Source: a virus
Virus genome (UHGV): UHGV-0115695
DNA: 42,066 nucleotides
Strand: one strand, 5' to 3'
The stretch's first letter is position 1. The number at the start of each line of letters is the position of its first letter. A model generated the notes under the pieces. That model did not search any database and was not told the origin of the DNA. It worked only from the letters and a program-made list of their open reading frames with translations. The position numbers were made by a program, and so were the translations under genes. Shown here piece after piece: positions 1-12,871 of this stretch.

Positions 1-10
1 GTTACTTTCA

Positions 11-1426
11 TCATTCCACCGTAAATTGAATGCCTGATTTTGAGGTATATGATCCAACCTGATTCCGTGGTTCTCCTGAAGGTGTCGAATCTTGTGCTGG
101 CGCTGCGTCAGTATTCATTGACATATACCGCTTAACGGCACTCCCCAATGATTCACCTTTTTTAACATCCAACCCCAATATCTGACCGCCATTACGCGAT
201 TGTCCTGGATTGCCATTCGCGCTCATCCACTCGGCTTTAAACTCATTAAACTGCGCGTTTCGTCGCTCAAGGTTTGCCATCGCATCAAGCCATCTTGCGA
301 CCGTCTCAGGGTTATCCATGTCAGTTGGTGCACCCTGCCGAACGATCTCAACGTCTTTATCCGTTGCGGGGCCGGGAGGTAGGAATTTAAGAACCTGACT
401 GTTAACAAGGGCATTTTGGCGGATGCGCAAATCACGCAATGTTGTATCGCTTCCGGTAAGTTTTGCGAACATGTTCTGTGCGTTACCGAACAAACCTGTC
501 GTTGGTTTTTCTGCTCTGAACTGTTGAGCAAGCGCACTCATAGAATTGGCTGAGTTTGATGATGCTGTAGCATTGTTTACAGCCGTCTCGATGCCTTTTT
601 CCATGTTTACTGACAGCTTAGGTGCTTCGCTAATCAACTGCTGAGCCTTTTCCTGTGCTTGCTGCATCTTAAACCCGAACTCTTGCTGATCCAGAGCCAA
701 GCGTTGTGCTGCGATATTGTGTCCAGTCATTGCTGACTGATAGGAAAGGTTTTGCCCTCTCGCCTGAAGTGCTTCTCCAGCCTGATTGCTGCGGATTGTC
801 TCTGCCAGCCTGCCTCGGTCAATTTCACGACCAGCCATCTTATCCTGAACAGCAAACGCCTTTTCTGGTCCAAGCGCACCGAGAGACATAGTAGTCAGCA
901 TGTGTGATAGCTGCTCTGGATTCTGGATACCTGTCTGAATCATCCAGTCAGCATTAGCACCAACGCGATTTAACCTGTCCTTGTTGTCAGTAATGAATTT
1001 ACTGTAGGCTTCCGGTCCCTGAGAAAGAGCGACGTTAGCCCTCATGGCTAAATCGCCCATATCGTTGCGTTGCTGATCATTAAGACCGGAAAACGCCTGT
1101 TGTGCCTGCGCAACAAACGCTGGATTTTCCTGGGCAAACTTAAATAGTCCCGATGGATCACCAGAAGCCCATGCATCAGCATGAACCTTATTGAACGCAT
1201 TAATCGCTTTCTGTTGCTGTTCCTGCTTATAAATATCAGCAACTCCAGCCAGACCACGTAACGCGGTCAGACCAACGTTATTTGCACCTGAGCTAGCCAA
1301 CTCATTGTTTTCGCGGATCAGACCAAGCGTTGCGTTAATGTCGCTTGCCTTTGGTGCATTCTCGTTTTGCGTACCGATGCCAGCCAGAAAACCACCAGAA
1401 TTAATATCCTGTTGCCACGTAGCCAT
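11..1426 (-). CDS. 20: Ejection (internal virion / DNA-injection) protein, P22 gp20 homologue
   Basis: 471 aa, the same length as P22 gp20 as I recall it. Sits after the gp7 homologue in P22 gene order. Gln/Ala-rich low-complexity composition typical of ejection proteins. Confidence 0.8.
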   Translation of the reverse strand: MATWQQDINSGGFLAGIGTQNENAPKASDINATLGLIRENNELASSGANNVGLTALRGLAGVADIYKQEQQQKAINAFNKVHADAWASGDPSGLFKFAQENPAFVAQAQQAFSGLNDQQRNDMGDLAMRANVALSQGPEAYSKFITDNKDRLNRVGANADWMIQTGIQNPEQLSHMLTTMSLGALGPEKAFAVQDKMAGREIDRGRLAETIRSNQAGEALQARGQNLSYQSAMTGHNIAAQRLALDQQEFGFKMQQAQEKAQQLISEAPKLSVNMEKGIETAVNNATASSNSANSMSALAQQFRAEKPTTGLFGNAQNMFAKLTGSDTTLRDLRIRQNALVNSQVLKFLPPGPATDKDVEIVRQGAPTDMDNPETVARWLDAMANLERRNAQFNEFKAEWMSANGNPGQSRNGGQILGLDVKKGESLGSAVKRYMSMNTDAAPAQDSTPSGEPRNQVGSYTSKSGIQFTVE

Positions 1427-1436
1427 TGATTACCCC

Positions 1437-2132
1437 TTAATAAAGCAGTGAACTAAGCAGACCGATACCAGCACCGATACCAGCGCCCCACGGAGTTGAT
1501 GAACCAATTAATTTCGCAAGTCCAGCCCCAGCAATAGCACCAGACGCACCTCCGCCAATAGCAGATTGCATTGCTGATGGTCTGTTGGCATTTGCCGCTG
1601 CAAGAGCCGCACTTTGCTGCGAAATCTGACTCATGTTGTTGGCATATGTCTGCCCGGCGTTTGCCTGACCTTGCAGTGCGCCAAGACCAATATTTGCCAG
1701 ATTCTGGTAGTTGTTCATCTGACCAGATAGCCATTGCTGACCAAGCGTTGGTGCGATTGTTGCTAACTGATTACTGGTTGCGGTGGAACCCAATCCACCT
1801 GTTGCTTCCGCTGCCGCCAGACTCTGATAGCGAGCCTGACCTGCAAGGTCTTTATACTGCTGAGAGTTGTAATACTGGTTTAGCGCCTGACCTTGCCCCT
1901 CCAGAGACGATAAGTTCTCGAGGCTGCCGACATACTTATCAGCCAGAGGAGTAAACGGCTTCAGGTTGTTCATGATGGTGTTGAACTGCTGATTTTGCAG
2001 GTCTGCGGCATACTTCTGAGCTTCTGCTGCATACTTTGCGCTTTTATCAGAGCTGCCACCTTTCCCGCCTTTTTCAGGGCAATAAGGTTCCTCGCCGCGC
2101 AGTTTTCTGCCCAGCTTAAATGCATATAACAT
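1437..2132 (-). CDS. 7: Ejection protein, P22 gp7 homologue
   Basis: 231 aa; Gly/Ala/Gln-rich with hydrophobic C-terminus; position between gp14 and gp20 homologues as in P22. Confidence 0.8.
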   Translation of the reverse strand: MLYAFKLGRKLRGEEPYCPEKGGKGGSSDKSAKYAAEAQKYAADLQNQQFNTIMNNLKPFTPLADKYVGSLENLSSLEGQGQALNQYYNSQQYKDLAGQARYQSLAAAEATGGLGSTATSNQLATIAPTLGQQWLSGQMNNYQNLANIGLGALQGQANAGQTYANNMSQISQQSAALAAANANRPSAMQSAIGGGASGAIAGAGLAKLIGSSTPWGAGIGAGIGLLSSLLY

Positions 2133-2134
2133 GG

Positions 2135-2590
2135 CTATCTCCCGTGATTCAGGAAGTCGATTAGTTCTTCGCGTGTGGCGCTGTAAAACGTCACGTCATC
2201 CACGCCTTTGAAGTATTTCTTGATGGTTCCTACACGCTTAAGGCCAATCATTGCGCAGTACATCTGACCGTGGCGGAATTTGCGTGCAGCGAACGATGTG
2301 AAGCACTGAACGGTGGTGTTAGTCAGAATGTATCGCCAGAACTCCAGCCCGATTTCCTTGCTGAAGCCGCGAATCTCTGGCAGGTACATGGCGTGGCAAT
2401 CGAATGTCTGCGGCTGAATCTCCTGATAGTAAACAATGCCGCCAAACTGCCCGTGCACGTTCACCTCAAAGTAACGGCAATCAGGTTTGTAGTCGTATCC
2501 ATCGCCGTTGTTGCTCCCGGCAATAATGTCAGGGTGATTTCCGACTGCTTCGATCAGGTCGATGTTTCGCGTTGGTTTGAACTGAATCAT
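2135..2590 (-). CDS. 14: P22 gp14 homologue (virion/ejection-associated protein)
   Basis: 151 aa; call rests mainly on position between the tail needle and gp7 in conserved P22 order; stop overlaps needle gene start region. Confidence 0.6.
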   Translation of the reverse strand: MIQFKPTRNIDLIEAVGNHPDIIAGSNNGDGYDYKPDCRYFEVNVHGQFGGIVYYQEIQPQTFDCHAMYLPEIRGFSKEIGLEFWRYILTNTTVQCFTSFAARKFRHGQMYCAMIGLKRVGTIKKYFKGVDDVTFYSATREELIDFLNHGR

Positions 2591-3438
2591 TACTGCTCCG
2601 CGATTATCTTGATGGTTGTGGCAGTAAACGCCGCACCATTTGACTGAATGGTTAACGTACTGCCATTTGTGGCAAGAAAGCCGTCTTTATCCACGCTGAA
2701 GAACGTAGCTAACAGGATGTTATCGGTTGTTGTCGCCGCATTACGACTGCTGACCAGTGTGTCAGGAACAGAGCCGGAAAAGGTTAGCTGCATTGACCTG
2801 TTTGCGGTTCCGCTGGGCCACGTCCCGACAATCGACAGCTTGAAGAACAGGGTTTTGTTCTCGTTGAACACAACCATCTTGTTGTTAACGGTGTCGAAGA
2901 ATGGTGCCAACGAGCCGGATGACGGCGTGAGCGTTTTCAGCAGGCTAACAAGGTTGGTCGGCGCTGTCGGGATGGTTACAGATACGCCAGAGTAAACAAC
3001 CTCTGACTTCTTGCGTGTGGTTGCATACTCCAGAGCATCAATGCGCGATTCATGGTCTGAAACCTGCGATTCCAGCGACTGAACTCTGGTATCAAGCGAC
3101 GCAATATCGCTTTCATTCTGAGCGATTCGCGTTTCATGTTCCTGAAGAGTTGATTCTGCCTGGCTGATTCGCTCCTCATGATTAACAAGTGTTGCTTCCG
3201 CAGCAGAAATTCGCTGCTCATGGTCAGCGAGAATCACATCCTGCTCATCGTTCCTGACCTGTGCATCATAAGCGCCCTGTCCTGCCTCGTTGGCCTTGTT
3301 AGCCACGTTACCAACATCAGTGCCCTGTGCGATAACGTAAAGCAGATACGACTGCGAGAAGATATTGCGTGGAAGGACTGATGTGTCGAGTCGTGTAGCC
3401 TGAATGATTACCGGCTCATTGAGATTCGAATCAGCCAT
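2590..3438 (-). CDS. 26: Tail needle protein (P22 gp26 family) with a different, longer C-terminal domain
   Basis: N-terminal ~60 aa ([43 protein letters not shown]...) closely matches recalled P22 gp26 N-terminus, followed by heptad coiled coil; C-terminal ~130 aa unrelated to P22; 282 aa versus 233 aa in P22. Confidence 0.85.
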   Translation of the reverse strand: MADSNLNEPVIIQATRLDTSVLPRNIFSQSYLLYVIAQGTDVGNVANKANEAGQGAYDAQVRNDEQDVILADHEQRISAAEATLVNHEERISQAESTLQEHETRIAQNESDIASLDTRVQSLESQVSDHESRIDALEYATTRKKSEVVYSGVSVTIPTAPTNLVSLLKTLTPSSGSLAPFFDTVNNKMVVFNENKTLFFKLSIVGTWPSGTANRSMQLTFSGSVPDTLVSSRNAATTTDNILLATFFSVDKDGFLATNGSTLTIQSNGAAFTATTIKIIAEQ

Positions 3439-4856
3439 TACTCAATCCTTATCTGGCAGCCTGAGAGAGTGACAGGTGACTTAGTGATAACGCGCAATTT
3501 GAAGCCGACATTTTTCCTGATGCGCCCGACTCGCTTCCACAAAACGCGTTTGTCGTAAACGAACGGTTCATTCTGCTCAATCATCTGCTCACGACCGTAA
3601 TTTATGCCGTCAGTGGTTGCAGAGAGGAACAGGCGGTCAGCGTACTGCGCAACGCCAGTTGAAGATTCAACCTCAAGGTCGAACACTCTTGCGTTATCCG
3701 CTTTGAACAACGGAGTAAACAACAGGTGTTCCTGTTGCTTGTCGTACTGGCTGCTGATATCGAACTGCAATTTGCCGATAACCGATTCCAGCTTATCGCC
3801 GCACGTTATCTGATTGCCTTCGTAAATGAAGTCGATAGCGCGGTACACATCGTCATACAGGCCTGTTTTCAACACACACCATTGCGGACCATTGGCGCTT
3901 GAAGATGCGTCGTATACGAGGACGTGGCGCGGAAGATGGATAATCAGCAACTCATGCGCATCAAACCGCAACGATTCCATCACGCCATCAGCCAGTTCAT
4001 CAGCAGTGTAGGAGCGGAGGATTTTCTCAATGCTCGCGCTGGCGATTGGTGATACCTGACCGGAGCCGATGATGTACACAGACGGCGCACCTGTTGCCGG
4101 ATTGCTGATGAACGCATACGAATCAGCAAACGGCGTTTTGCAGTAGGTTCCGGCAATCCCTTTCTGCACCATCAGTGATGGCTGTGCGACATACAAAGCG
4201 GCACCAACAGTGGTTGCACCAGTCAGGGAGAAATATTCAATCGTCGATGAACCAAAACAGACGATGAAATCTCGCCATGTTCCGATGCCGATGATGCCGT
4301 CAGGCTGAGACTCGGCACGATATTGTGCGCTGTAACGGTCAGGATGCGATTCGTCTTCAGGGTCAGTGATAAACCATGAATCAGTGCCGTCTTTTGACCA
4401 CGCATAACGCCCACGTAAACGCGTAATGTCGCGAACCGAACCTAACTCATACTGAGTGAATCCGCTGTCTGTAGGCCAGTTTGAGACGGTTTTAACCGTG
4501 CCATCATAGCGATACTCGACCAGTTGACCATTAACGCCTACCGCCTGTGATGTTCGACCATGCGCCATTGATACGCGACCACTTCCGGCAACATCACCAA
4601 CCTCGCTTTCGCCCTTATACAGCTTGCCACCACACACGCGATAAACAGCATTCTGCGCCATGTTGTACTCGACGCCTCGCGATACGCCGTTCACATCAGA
4701 ACGTTTGGCAATGCCCGGGAATGAGCGAAGATATCCGCTGCTGTTGAGGATTTCTTTGGGTGTAGCCAACATATTCACTGGTAGATAGTCGATATAGTCA
4801 GCGTTTCTAAAGTCTTTGCCGACACCTTTCATAAGCGGAAGTTGCTGAATCGGCAT
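3438..4856 (-). CDS. 10: Head completion / tail-hub protein, P22 gp10 homologue
   Basis: 472 aa, the same length as P22 gp10 as I recall it; position between gp4 and the needle gene. Confidence 0.85.
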   Translation of the reverse strand: MPIQQLPLMKGVGKDFRNADYIDYLPVNMLATPKEILNSSGYLRSFPGIAKRSDVNGVSRGVEYNMAQNAVYRVCGGKLYKGESEVGDVAGSGRVSMAHGRTSQAVGVNGQLVEYRYDGTVKTVSNWPTDSGFTQYELGSVRDITRLRGRYAWSKDGTDSWFITDPEDESHPDRYSAQYRAESQPDGIIGIGTWRDFIVCFGSSTIEYFSLTGATTVGAALYVAQPSLMVQKGIAGTYCKTPFADSYAFISNPATGAPSVYIIGSGQVSPIASASIEKILRSYTADELADGVMESLRFDAHELLIIHLPRHVLVYDASSSANGPQWCVLKTGLYDDVYRAIDFIYEGNQITCGDKLESVIGKLQFDISSQYDKQQEHLLFTPLFKADNARVFDLEVESSTGVAQYADRLFLSATTDGINYGREQMIEQNEPFVYDKRVLWKRVGRIRKNVGFKLRVITKSPVTLSGCQIRIE

Positions 4857-5334
4857 TTATTCGCTCCCGTTATCGCAAGGTTCCTTCCGGTGGAAGTAAT
4901 TCCAACCGTTCCACTTCGCCAACTGGTTACCACTACCAACAGGCATACGGTTTGGATAACCGGACTTACATTTAGCGGCTTTTGCTCTGTCCATTGCAGA
5001 CAGTTTGACGAGTCGCTCTTTCCCGTATCTGGCAGTGGTTATAAGTTTTGCAGAGGCTTCCAGCGCATAATCCGGAGCAATTCGGCAGGCAAGGTTGAAA
5101 ATGACAGAATTGATAGCGTTATTTGATAAACCGTGCTCATCGCCCGGATCCGGAGCGACATCTGCATCAGCAAAAATGTAGCCAACGTTGATGCCAGGTG
5201 ACACATCACCGCCAAGCCATTCAGCCATCATCATTTCAAGGTCATTGACGCCGTCTTCCATGGACTGCGGTTCGACATCGGTTAACGTGGCATTTGATGC
5301 CACACCGAGCTTACGTAATGCCGCAAGGACTAAA

Positions 5335-5357
<23 letters not shown>
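4857..5357 (-). CDS. 4: Head completion protein, P22 gp4 homologue (start at internal Met of the 203-aa track ORF)
   Basis: From [33 protein letters not shown]... the protein matches recalled P22 gp4 and gives 166 aa; the N-terminal (SQ)n extension in the track comes from reading the hexanucleotide repeat and is rejected. Confidence 0.85.
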
Positions 5358-5607
<250 letters not shown>

Positions 5608-5620
5608 GCTTGTCTCCAGA

Positions 5621-5648
5621 TAAAAAAGGGAGCCGAAGCTCCCTTTGG
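5621..5648 (-). terminator. Rho-independent terminator downstream of coat gene
   Basis: Minus strand reads GGGAGC-TTCG-GCTCCC followed by TTTTTT, immediately after the coat stop codon. Confidence 0.8.
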
Positions 5649-5651
5649 TTA

Positions 5652-6947
5652 TCACGCGGTCTGGTTAGGCAGACCAACACCAATTGCCTCTGGTCGTACA
5701 GCACATGCTGAATACCACACAGCAATACGGCACTTACCAGACAGAGTGTTGATATCACCCTGCGTTGCGAAGATGCCGTTAACACCAATACCAGGAATGC
5801 TGAAGGAAGACGTTTTCATGCCAGCAAACAGTTCATGGGTTACCGGGATCGGCTGAGACAGTAGACGGATTGAGTCATCAGCCCAGAACACGTTAGCGGT
5901 GGTTGTTGCCACGTTCAGAACGTTTACCGGAGTGGTATCAGCAAGAGAGGTGTTTACATTCGCGTAAGCCTTCTCTTCTTTTGTCAGTGACGCGTCATCA
6001 AGTGCAATCGGCTTCGGCGTGATTTCGATGTGAGTACTATCGATCACACGGGTGATTGAGAAAGTTGCATCATCAGTCAGCACGTTCTTCGCCATCTGAG
6101 ACAGGAATTTCACACCAGTGAAGCTTATTTTGTCGCCGCGCTTAAATCCGGTGGTGGAGGATACGGTCACCGTTGCAACACGGTTGTCGACGTTCTCTTT
6201 GTTACCATCGGTATCAAGGGTGTATGCCTGCGGCTTAAACTTCTGCGCACCAGAAACAGTTACACCAGTAGCGGTTGACTTGGTAACTGCCGGAAGTTTC
6301 GGTGAGCGAAGAATTTCATCAAAGCCAGCAATCTGACGCTGAATAGTACCGTTGCGATACGCTTCTTCAGGAACGCGCCCGAAGATGTCACCATCTACCA
6401 GGTTGCGGCCTGCTTTGCGGTAATCGTCGGGGTTCAGGAAGTAACTGATGCCCATATCGCGGTTTAGCTCACGGGAGAACATCAGGCGCTCTGCATCAGA
6501 CACAAAATCCCAGCCAGACAGGCCAGTAGATGGACCAATTGCGCGGGTATCGTGAACAACAAGCGAGCCCATTTCAGTTGCCTGTTTGGCAATCGCTGAC
6601 TCAATGTTATTCGCCAGTTTTTTGGCGGATGCCTGGATGCGGCGACGGTAAGAACGCTCATCACGCAGGTCATCTGCACGAAGCTCGAAGAAATCGTTAT
6701 CCGGATCGCCCATGTTGCATTTCACGGAGAGTTCCAGAATCCCGGTTGCGTTGCCAGTTAAATCCCAGCCAGTCTGGGTTGGCGCTTCCTGCTCAACAGG
6801 CATCCACACGGTGTTGCTTGAACGCTGCATGGATTGTGCCGGAGGGGTGTATTTTGTCACTTTGGACGCCATTGGCGTCAGATTCTGGACGGTTTCGATG
6901 ATTTCATCGATAGCGTAAGTAACTAACTGCCCTTCTTTGAGAGTCAT
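5652..6947 (-). CDS. 5: Major capsid (coat) protein, P22 gp5 homologue
   Basis: 431 aa; strong similarity along the whole length to recalled P22 coat protein (e.g. ...[15 protein letters not shown]-terminus). Confidence 0.95.
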   Translation of the reverse strand: MTLKEGQLVTYAIDEIIETVQNLTPMASKVTKYTPPAQSMQRSSNTVWMPVEQEAPTQTGWDLTGNATGILELSVKCNMGDPDNDFFELRADDLRDERSYRRRIQASAKKLANNIESAIAKQATEMGSLVVHDTRAIGPSTGLSGWDFVSDAERLMFSRELNRDMGISYFLNPDDYRKAGRNLVDGDIFGRVPEEAYRNGTIQRQIAGFDEILRSPKLPAVTKSTATGVTVSGAQKFKPQAYTLDTDGNKENVDNRVATVTVSSTTGFKRGDKISFTGVKFLSQMAKNVLTDDATFSITRVIDSTHIEITPKPIALDDASLTKEEKAYANVNTSLADTTPVNVLNVATTTANVFWADDSIRLLSQPIPVTHELFAGMKTSSFSIPGIGVNGIFATQGDINTLSGKCRIAVWYSACAVRPEAIGVGLPNQTA

Positions 6948-7014
6948 ATATTGAATACCTTACTTTCTTTATGTGCTATACTATTGTTATATCAACATAT
7001 AGCGCATTAGGGTT

Positions 7015-7536
7015 ATGAGCATGGAACTGAATGAATACTTCGAATACCGCGATGGTTTTTTGGTTTGGAAAGCCAGAAGCTCTGAATTTTTCAACAACAA
7101 AAAGAATCGCAACTATCACAACGTTTGGAATGCAAAACACGCTGGGAAAGTTGCTGGTCTTTTAGAAAGCAATGGATATATCCGCATAAGAATTAACGGC
7201 ATTAAGTGGCTAGCACACCGAATCGTATGGGTGATGTTTAACGGAGATATTCCAGAAGGCATGGAAATTGACCATATAAATGGGATTCGCCACGACAACA
7301 GAATTGAAAATCTTCGTCTTGTGAAAAAATCAGCAAACCAAAGGAATAGAATCAAACTATCTAAAAATAACTCCAGCGGAATATCTGGAGTTTACTTTTG
7401 CAACACGCGGAAAAGATGGATCGCTCATAAGCGACTGCTTAATGCAAGAGTGCAAAAAGTATGTTCTTCATTCGAAGAGGCGAAAGAAGTAATCAGAAAG
7501 TTTGACGAGGAAAACAACATCACGATATCGAAATAA
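7015..7536 (+). CDS. Freestanding HNH homing endonuclease (HNH_3 motif plus AP2-like DNA-binding region)
   Basis: IDHINGIRHDNRIENLRLVKKSANQRN HNH motif; ISGVYFCNTRKRWIAHKR AP2-like segment; AT-rich gene, opposite strand to and wedged between scaffold and coat genes; own TATACT-like -10 upstream. Confidence 0.85.
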   Translation: MSMELNEYFEYRDGFLVWKARSSEFFNNKKNRNYHNVWNAKHAGKVAGLLESNGYIRIRINGIKWLAHRIVWVMFNGDIPEGMEIDHINGIRHDNRIENLRLVKKSANQRNRIKLSKNNSSGISGVYFCNTRKRWIAHKRLLNARVQKVCSSFEEAKEVIRKFDEENNITISK

Positions 7537-8448
7537 TTATCGAATTCCTTTATTCAGTTGCGCCTTGAGCTTGCGGTATGTCTCTACATCCCCTTTGTTT
7601 GCTGCCGCTTCCATCTGTTTTTCAATCGCAGAGATATTTGCAGCAACAGCGTGTCCCTGAATGGGTTCATCAGGTAACGGGGCTTCTGAAACAGGCTTTG
7701 CTCGAGGCTTGAGAGTTAAACGTTCTGACAGTCGAGTGAGTTCAATCAGTGCGGATTGCCCGTCCATCGCCAGCAACTGGCGTGTTTTCTCAGGATTAGC
7801 ACCAAGGTGATACATGAGAGCGGCGGATTTCTCCGGGAAGAGGCGCATGATGTCGGCACCGACTGCTGGCGGCACCAGTTGCATGAATGCATCCTCTTTC
7901 TCCTGATAGTCAGGGATATTGAGCTTTTCCGCTGCGTCGTAGTGCTTACGGGCTGCCTCGACGTATTGCGCTGATTGCTGGGTGAACTCCTGAGTTTTGC
8001 GACCCTGCTCGGCGACAGCCTGGCTTCGTGCGTCCATAGCCTTGATCTGCCATTCACTGTTTGCCTGCTGGAAGGCCGCCAGTGCGCGGCTCTGGTCATA
8101 GTCGTACTTAGCCAGTGCGTCTTCGGAAAGATAATCGTTAGGGTCTGGTTGTTTTGGTAACTCAGGGTTCACCCGCAGGTGCTCCGGCAACTCTCCACGC
8201 TTAACCGCTTCCATCTGCTGCTCAAGCTCACGCTGGCGTTTGCGTTCGATGCGGCGACGAGCAAATTCAGCATTAGTTGCCGGGTCTTGTTTTGGTTTCT
8301 CATCGTCTTTCAGGACAATCTCGAAGCCTTCTTCCTGACCTGCGTTGTCGTTGGCATTATCGACAACTAAGCCATCAGCAGATGCCGCTGCATGATTGCC
8401 GGGCAGGGTTAATTCTTCAGAAGCCTGAATGTCGGTGGTTTGGTCCAT
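7537..8448 (-). CDS. 8: Scaffolding protein, P22 gp8 homologue
   Basis: 303 aa, the same length as P22 gp8 as I recall it, with similarity to it throughout. Confidence 0.95.
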   Translation of the reverse strand: MDQTTDIQASEELTLPGNHAAASADGLVVDNANDNAGQEEGFEIVLKDDEKPKQDPATNAEFARRRIERKRQRELEQQMEAVKRGELPEHLRVNPELPKQPDPNDYLSEDALAKYDYDQSRALAAFQQANSEWQIKAMDARSQAVAEQGRKTQEFTQQSAQYVEAARKHYDAAEKLNIPDYQEKEDAFMQLVPPAVGADIMRLFPEKSAALMYHLGANPEKTRQLLAMDGQSALIELTRLSERLTLKPRAKPVSEAPLPDEPIQGHAVAANISAIEKQMEAAANKGDVETYRKLKAQLNKGIR

Positions 8449-8461
8449 GATTAACTCTCTC

Positions 8462-10627
8462 TTATTGAGGTGTCTCGGCTACTCCGCCGGAGGGGATTTG
8501 AACTTGACGCATAAGATTCGCGAAATCCATGCGTTGTGAATGAGTCTGGTCTGCATCTTTAAGAAGCAGCTCAGCGTTAGCGCGAGCGTCTTTGCTGCGC
8601 TGTTGCTGGAATTGACCTACGAGCTTGAGGTACTCACGCAGTTCTGCCTGCTTGTCGAGGTCCATATTGTTGAAGATTTCTGCAATCTTCGCGGCGTTGA
8701 GTTGGTTTTGGGCTTCAACCTTGGCAGCTTCAACCTGAATCTGCGCCTGTTGGTTCTCTGCCTTGAGCAATTCAGCCTGACCTTGCAGAAGGATACCCTG
8801 CGCCTGAATTTGCTCTGCTGATGGCTGCTGCGTCTGTTGTTGTGCCTGCTGCACCATCTCCATCTCTTCAGGTGTTTCTGGTTTCTTCAGCCCCATCATC
8901 ACCAGTTGCTTGTTCGCGTACTCTCGCATCATCTCGACGCCTTTACCGTCAAGCAGCGTGAAGTATTGCAGCATCAGCATCTGGAACTCTGGAGTACCTT
9001 GCGGAACCTTGGTAAGTAACTCCTGAATCTCTGCGCGGTTCTGTTCCTTCATACTCTGGAAGGATGGTCCAACGTCTGTATAGCACTCATAGCGACCGCG
9101 AATGTCGTTGAGTGTGACCACATTGCCGGACTGGTAATCTACAACTTGCGCGTAGAGTTGAACGTCTTTCTCGCTTCCGTCTTCAAGAGTCAGCGTTACA
9201 TGGCGAGGAACGTCATAAATATCGTTGACCATTGAGGCATAAATCTCGCCATCACGTCGCATTGCGGTAGCCAGGTTATCCTGAAACACGTATGTCTCAA
9301 GGTCTGCCCGCATGTTCAGTTGATTGACGGTATCGAAAGCGACCTGACCATTTGCCGCCTTCGCATCCACGCCAAGACTAGCCACCTCTTTCACTGCGTT
9401 GGTGGCAGCCTCAAGCATGTAAGCGTTGGCTTGCGGCACTTCAGGGTTTTCCATGTAGGAGATTGGACCAATCGGCAGGTCGTTGCCGTTTTCATCGGTC
9501 TTGTTCTGCAAATAGTACGGATAGTCATCATTTCCACCGTACATGTATTCGTAGCCTTCGATTTGCTCAGGGAAGAAGGTCGGTTTCTTCTTCGGTGAAC
9601 GAGCAACAATATCGGCGTTGAACGACATGATCATGTTACGAAGGCGTTGACCGTCTTTCGTCAGCCTTACCACTCCTTCGTAGCACTCCTTGTCACCAGC
9701 GAATGACCATTCGCCATACACTGGAACGATTGGAATATGCTCTCCGGCTATCTTCTCGCGGTCTTTCAGTATCTGCGTGCAGGTGATGATCGACTTATAC
9801 ACGCGCCGACGCTTCACCTTGCGCTCTGCTACCTTAATGAATCCACGATTAGCCAGGTCGTCGATGACGTCTTTGATATCCTGCTGGTAATAGCTGACCG
9901 GCTCACCTGTCAGCGGGTCGCGGTAGATGAAGACTTTCTCCTTCTTCTCTTCTACCTCGTAATACTCAGCGACGTAGACGACATCATTCGATACCCACGG
10001 AAACAGCCATGTATCGTTCGGATTCTGGAAAGATGGCAAGGTGTCCGGATCAATACCGTAATCCTCTGCGAACTCTTTCCAGCCATTGCGCGACAAGGCG
10101 TTAATCACCGTGCAGTGCTTAGCGTCGCTCTTATCCATCTGCTTGCTGTTGGCGTCCCATATGACGTGTGAGCAGGCTTCATGGATTGGCAGGCGTCGGA
10201 TTACCTGATTGTTGCTTGTTGGGTCGTTGTCTTCGTACTGGGTGACCAGACGCCATGCACCAACGCCGGACTCTATCTGCTCACGAACGCCAACGTTAAC
10301 GGCAATTTTTGCCGTGTTATGGCGCATATCAGTACGATACATTCCCATCAACACATCGGCAGCATCAGGATTAGCGCCGTCTTTGGGTCTGAATAGAACG
10401 TCGATAGGGTTCCGACGCATCTCTGCGACCAGTTTCCTGACCACCGGGCGAACAACATCGAATTGTCCGCGATATTGCAGGGTGGTGTAGTTTGATAGCC
10501 AGTCATCCCATTGCGACACTCGGCTAAAATACAGGTCATTTGTCGCCTCGGTTCTGGCTTCATCGCTCGCCATCCAGTCTGCGTCAAACTTACACAGAAT
10601 GGAATTGAGTCTGTTTTCGTCGGCCAT
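8462..10627 (-). CDS. 1: Portal protein, P22 gp1 homologue
   Basis: 721 aa; P22 portal-like sequence with long C-terminal Gln/Ala-rich coiled-coil barrel region. Confidence 0.95.
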   Translation of the reverse strand: MADENRLNSILCKFDADWMASDEARTEATNDLYFSRVSQWDDWLSNYTTLQYRGQFDVVRPVVRKLVAEMRRNPIDVLFRPKDGANPDAADVLMGMYRTDMRHNTAKIAVNVGVREQIESGVGAWRLVTQYEDNDPTSNNQVIRRLPIHEACSHVIWDANSKQMDKSDAKHCTVINALSRNGWKEFAEDYGIDPDTLPSFQNPNDTWLFPWVSNDVVYVAEYYEVEEKKEKVFIYRDPLTGEPVSYYQQDIKDVIDDLANRGFIKVAERKVKRRRVYKSIITCTQILKDREKIAGEHIPIVPVYGEWSFAGDKECYEGVVRLTKDGQRLRNMIMSFNADIVARSPKKKPTFFPEQIEGYEYMYGGNDDYPYYLQNKTDENGNDLPIGPISYMENPEVPQANAYMLEAATNAVKEVASLGVDAKAANGQVAFDTVNQLNMRADLETYVFQDNLATAMRRDGEIYASMVNDIYDVPRHVTLTLEDGSEKDVQLYAQVVDYQSGNVVTLNDIRGRYECYTDVGPSFQSMKEQNRAEIQELLTKVPQGTPEFQMLMLQYFTLLDGKGVEMMREYANKQLVMMGLKKPETPEEMEMVQQAQQQTQQPSAEQIQAQGILLQGQAELLKAENQQAQIQVEAAKVEAQNQLNAAKIAEIFNNMDLDKQAELREYLKLVGQFQQQRSKDARANAELLLKDADQTHSQRMDFANLMRQVQIPSGGVAETPQ

Positions 10628-12127
10628 TTAAGTTCTCCGTGCGATGGGCCTGATTGGGGCTGGTATCTTTTTCTCTTTTGGTTTTTTGATGTCGCGCATC
10701 ATTTTGGCGAAGCGGCGCATCATGTATGCATAGCGAACGGCTGAGAGAACGTCGTCGTTAAGCTTGACGATTTTCCCGTTTTCATCACGGTGATAGAGGC
10801 GGAACTCCTCAAAGAATGGCTCACAGTTGTTGAATACTTTGAAGCGACCATCGAGCATCATGTCGCGCAATTCAGTGATGCCAGGCTCCACAGCGTTACC
10901 GCCATCAGGCCATGTCGCATGCTCCTGCAACATCATAAAACCAGCGTCGGCATACTGCCCTTTGAGCTGCTCACCGCCGCCCTTCTCATGCTGGTTTCCG
11001 TCATGAGGCCATGCGGTTGGCACTTTATGCGCCCATGATTTAACGGCTCCCCATGCCTGAACAGCTGTTTTTTCTTTCGCCTTCCACACGCGTGAAACGT
11101 AGATTGTGTCTGCGTCCTTATCCCACCAAAGCTGAACCTGCGCCTGTGGGTGATCCCATCCGAAATCCATCCCGCCAATTACGTAGAAGTGATCAGGACA
11201 CTCGAACGGCTGACACTTAATTGTCTCTTCCGGTATCTGGAAGATTCGACCACTACCCATCGTAGGAATACCGCGAGCACGCGCCTCTCTCTCATGCTCA
11301 GGATAGGATGCGATGATTTGCTCTTTCTGCTCGTCGGTGTAGTGCTCAGCGTCATAGATGGTCATGTTGACCACTTTCTGCGACTTGCTGGGATTCTTCA
11401 GGAACTTGGTAACAACGTCAGACATCCCCATCAGCGGGGTAAACGTCAGAATTGAGAATTGCCCGTATTTGTTGGTACGGGTAAGGCCTTCGCCATAAAT
11501 GCTGTATGGTGGCTCTTCGTCAAACCACACGCCGTGGATTGTGTCACCCTGCCAGCGAGCGCGACCTTGCGAGTATGGTTTGAAGTAGCAGATTGAAATG
11601 CCATCTTCAACGCCATCAGCCGTGTGATGCTTAACCAGAAGATGATCAACAAGGTTCGGAAAGAAAGGAGACTTCTTCCAGCTAATGATGTCTTCTTTAG
11701 GTATGGAACCGTAGCCTGGCTCATCATTCTCTTCGATACGACCACACAGGATGCGTTGAGTCGTTTTGGTTACAGTCTCGTTTGTCTCGCCGCCAATCCA
11801 GAAGACAACAGGCTCATAGAAACGCTTACCTTTCCACTCCCCACCATATTTACCATCAGCCGGATAGCCTTTTGTTCCCGGATAACGCCCGGTAAGGTGA
11901 AACGCGACTTCAGCAGCCCCAGTAAATGACTTACCAAGCTGGTTACCAGCCATAAAACAGCGCTCTGGATAGTCATGCCCGGCATCGATGAACTCACGCT
12001 GTTTGCTGTATGGCGTAAATTCATATAGCAGGTGTGTGTTCCGGTAGTTCTCTTCTTCTTCGAGTAGCTCGAGCAACTCGATTTGCTCTTCGTCGCTCAG
12101 GTTATCAAGAATCGCGTCCAGTTCCAC
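10628..12127 (-). CDS. 2: Terminase large subunit, P22 gp2 homologue
   Basis: 499 aa, the same length as P22 gp2 as I recall it; Walker A-like GNQLGKS; overlaps small subunit gene by 23 nt as in P22. Confidence 0.95.
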   Translation of the reverse strand: MELDAILDNLSDEEQIELLELLEEEENYRNTHLLYEFTPYSKQREFIDAGHDYPERCFMAGNQLGKSFTGAAEVAFHLTGRYPGTKGYPADGKYGGEWKGKRFYEPVVFWIGGETNETVTKTTQRILCGRIEENDEPGYGSIPKEDIISWKKSPFFPNLVDHLLVKHHTADGVEDGISICYFKPYSQGRARWQGDTIHGVWFDEEPPYSIYGEGLTRTNKYGQFSILTFTPLMGMSDVVTKFLKNPSKSQKVVNMTIYDAEHYTDEQKEQIIASYPEHEREARARGIPTMGSGRIFQIPEETIKCQPFECPDHFYVIGGMDFGWDHPQAQVQLWWDKDADTIYVSRVWKAKEKTAVQAWGAVKSWAHKVPTAWPHDGNQHEKGGGEQLKGQYADAGFMMLQEHATWPDGGNAVEPGITELRDMMLDGRFKVFNNCEPFFEEFRLYHRDENGKIVKLNDDVLSAVRYAYMMRRFAKMMRDIKKPKEKKIPAPIRPIARRT

Positions 12128-12599
12128 GGTTGAATAGCTCCTTGATACGAGAGCGCCGCTTATCGCGATCTCCCTTATCAGGTGTCACGTCTTCAACTTG
12201 CGACTGCTCTTTGAGGCCCAAATCACGGGCGATGATGTTAGCGTTGAGAAGGTCAGCGGCTGCGCCAGAGAATTTCTGGTCGTAGATGATGTCTTCCGCT
12301 CGTGATGTGACGTCAGAAAAACCTTCCATTGACCGGAAGGTTCCCCATGTTTGCCTGGTGATATCAAGGAAGGTACACAATCCTGAAATAGTCATGGCTC
12401 GCATCTTAGGGACATTAGCCTTAATTATTTCTCCCTGATATGAAAATACCTTACCCTCCCATAGCGGGTTATCATCAGCCCACTCGAAGTATTCACAACA
12501 AGCAGCCCACAGCGCCTCAGGCGATTCGAATTTAGGGTTTCGCCCATGACTACTGCGGGCCTCCCAGAATCGGTTGCCCTTTGGTGCTGCCATATTCAT
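12105..12599 (-). CDS. 3: Terminase small subunit, P22 gp3 homologue (true start may be the Met two codons in)
   Basis: [38 protein letters not shown] matches recalled P22 gp3. Confidence 0.9.
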   Translation of the reverse strand: MNMAAPKGNRFWEARSSHGRNPKFESPEALWAACCEYFEWADDNPLWEGKVFSYQGEIIKANVPKMRAMTISGLCTFLDITRQTWGTFRSMEGFSDVTSRAEDIIYDQKFSGAAADLLNANIIARDLGLKEQSQVEDVTPDKGDRDKRRSRIKELFNRGTGRDS

Positions 12600-12628
12600 C
12601 TCACTTAATCGTTATTTCAGGTTGAGCA

Positions 12629-12871
12629 TCATGCTCCGGTGGTGAACAAGTCTAACGCTTCCTTCGATTTACGCACCGCTTCAAATGTGCGGATCGTGAT
12701 ATCTGAATTAGCGCCGCCTGACTGGAAGTGAATTTTGAATAGCTCAAGCTTCAACTCGTCAGTGCCGATGAATTGAAATGCTTCTTCTGCGGCTGCGTTC
12801 TGGTTCATGACCAGCTTGTAAATCTCTAACTGGAATTTCTGTTCTTCAGTCATGGGAATAATCTCTGCCAT
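12629..12871 (-). CDS. Small conserved phage protein upstream of terminase (P22 orf80-like)
   Basis: 80 aa ORF immediately upstream of gene 3, matching the position and size of P22 orf80; function unknown. Confidence 0.6.
   Translation of the reverse strand: MAEIIPMTEEQKFQLEIYKLVMNQNAAAEEAFQFIGTDELKLELFKIHFQSGGANSDITIRTFEAVRKSKEALDLFTTGA

Noticed and set aside
1571-1954. 127-aa plus-strand ORF
   Set aside because: Antisense shadow of the gp7 gene.
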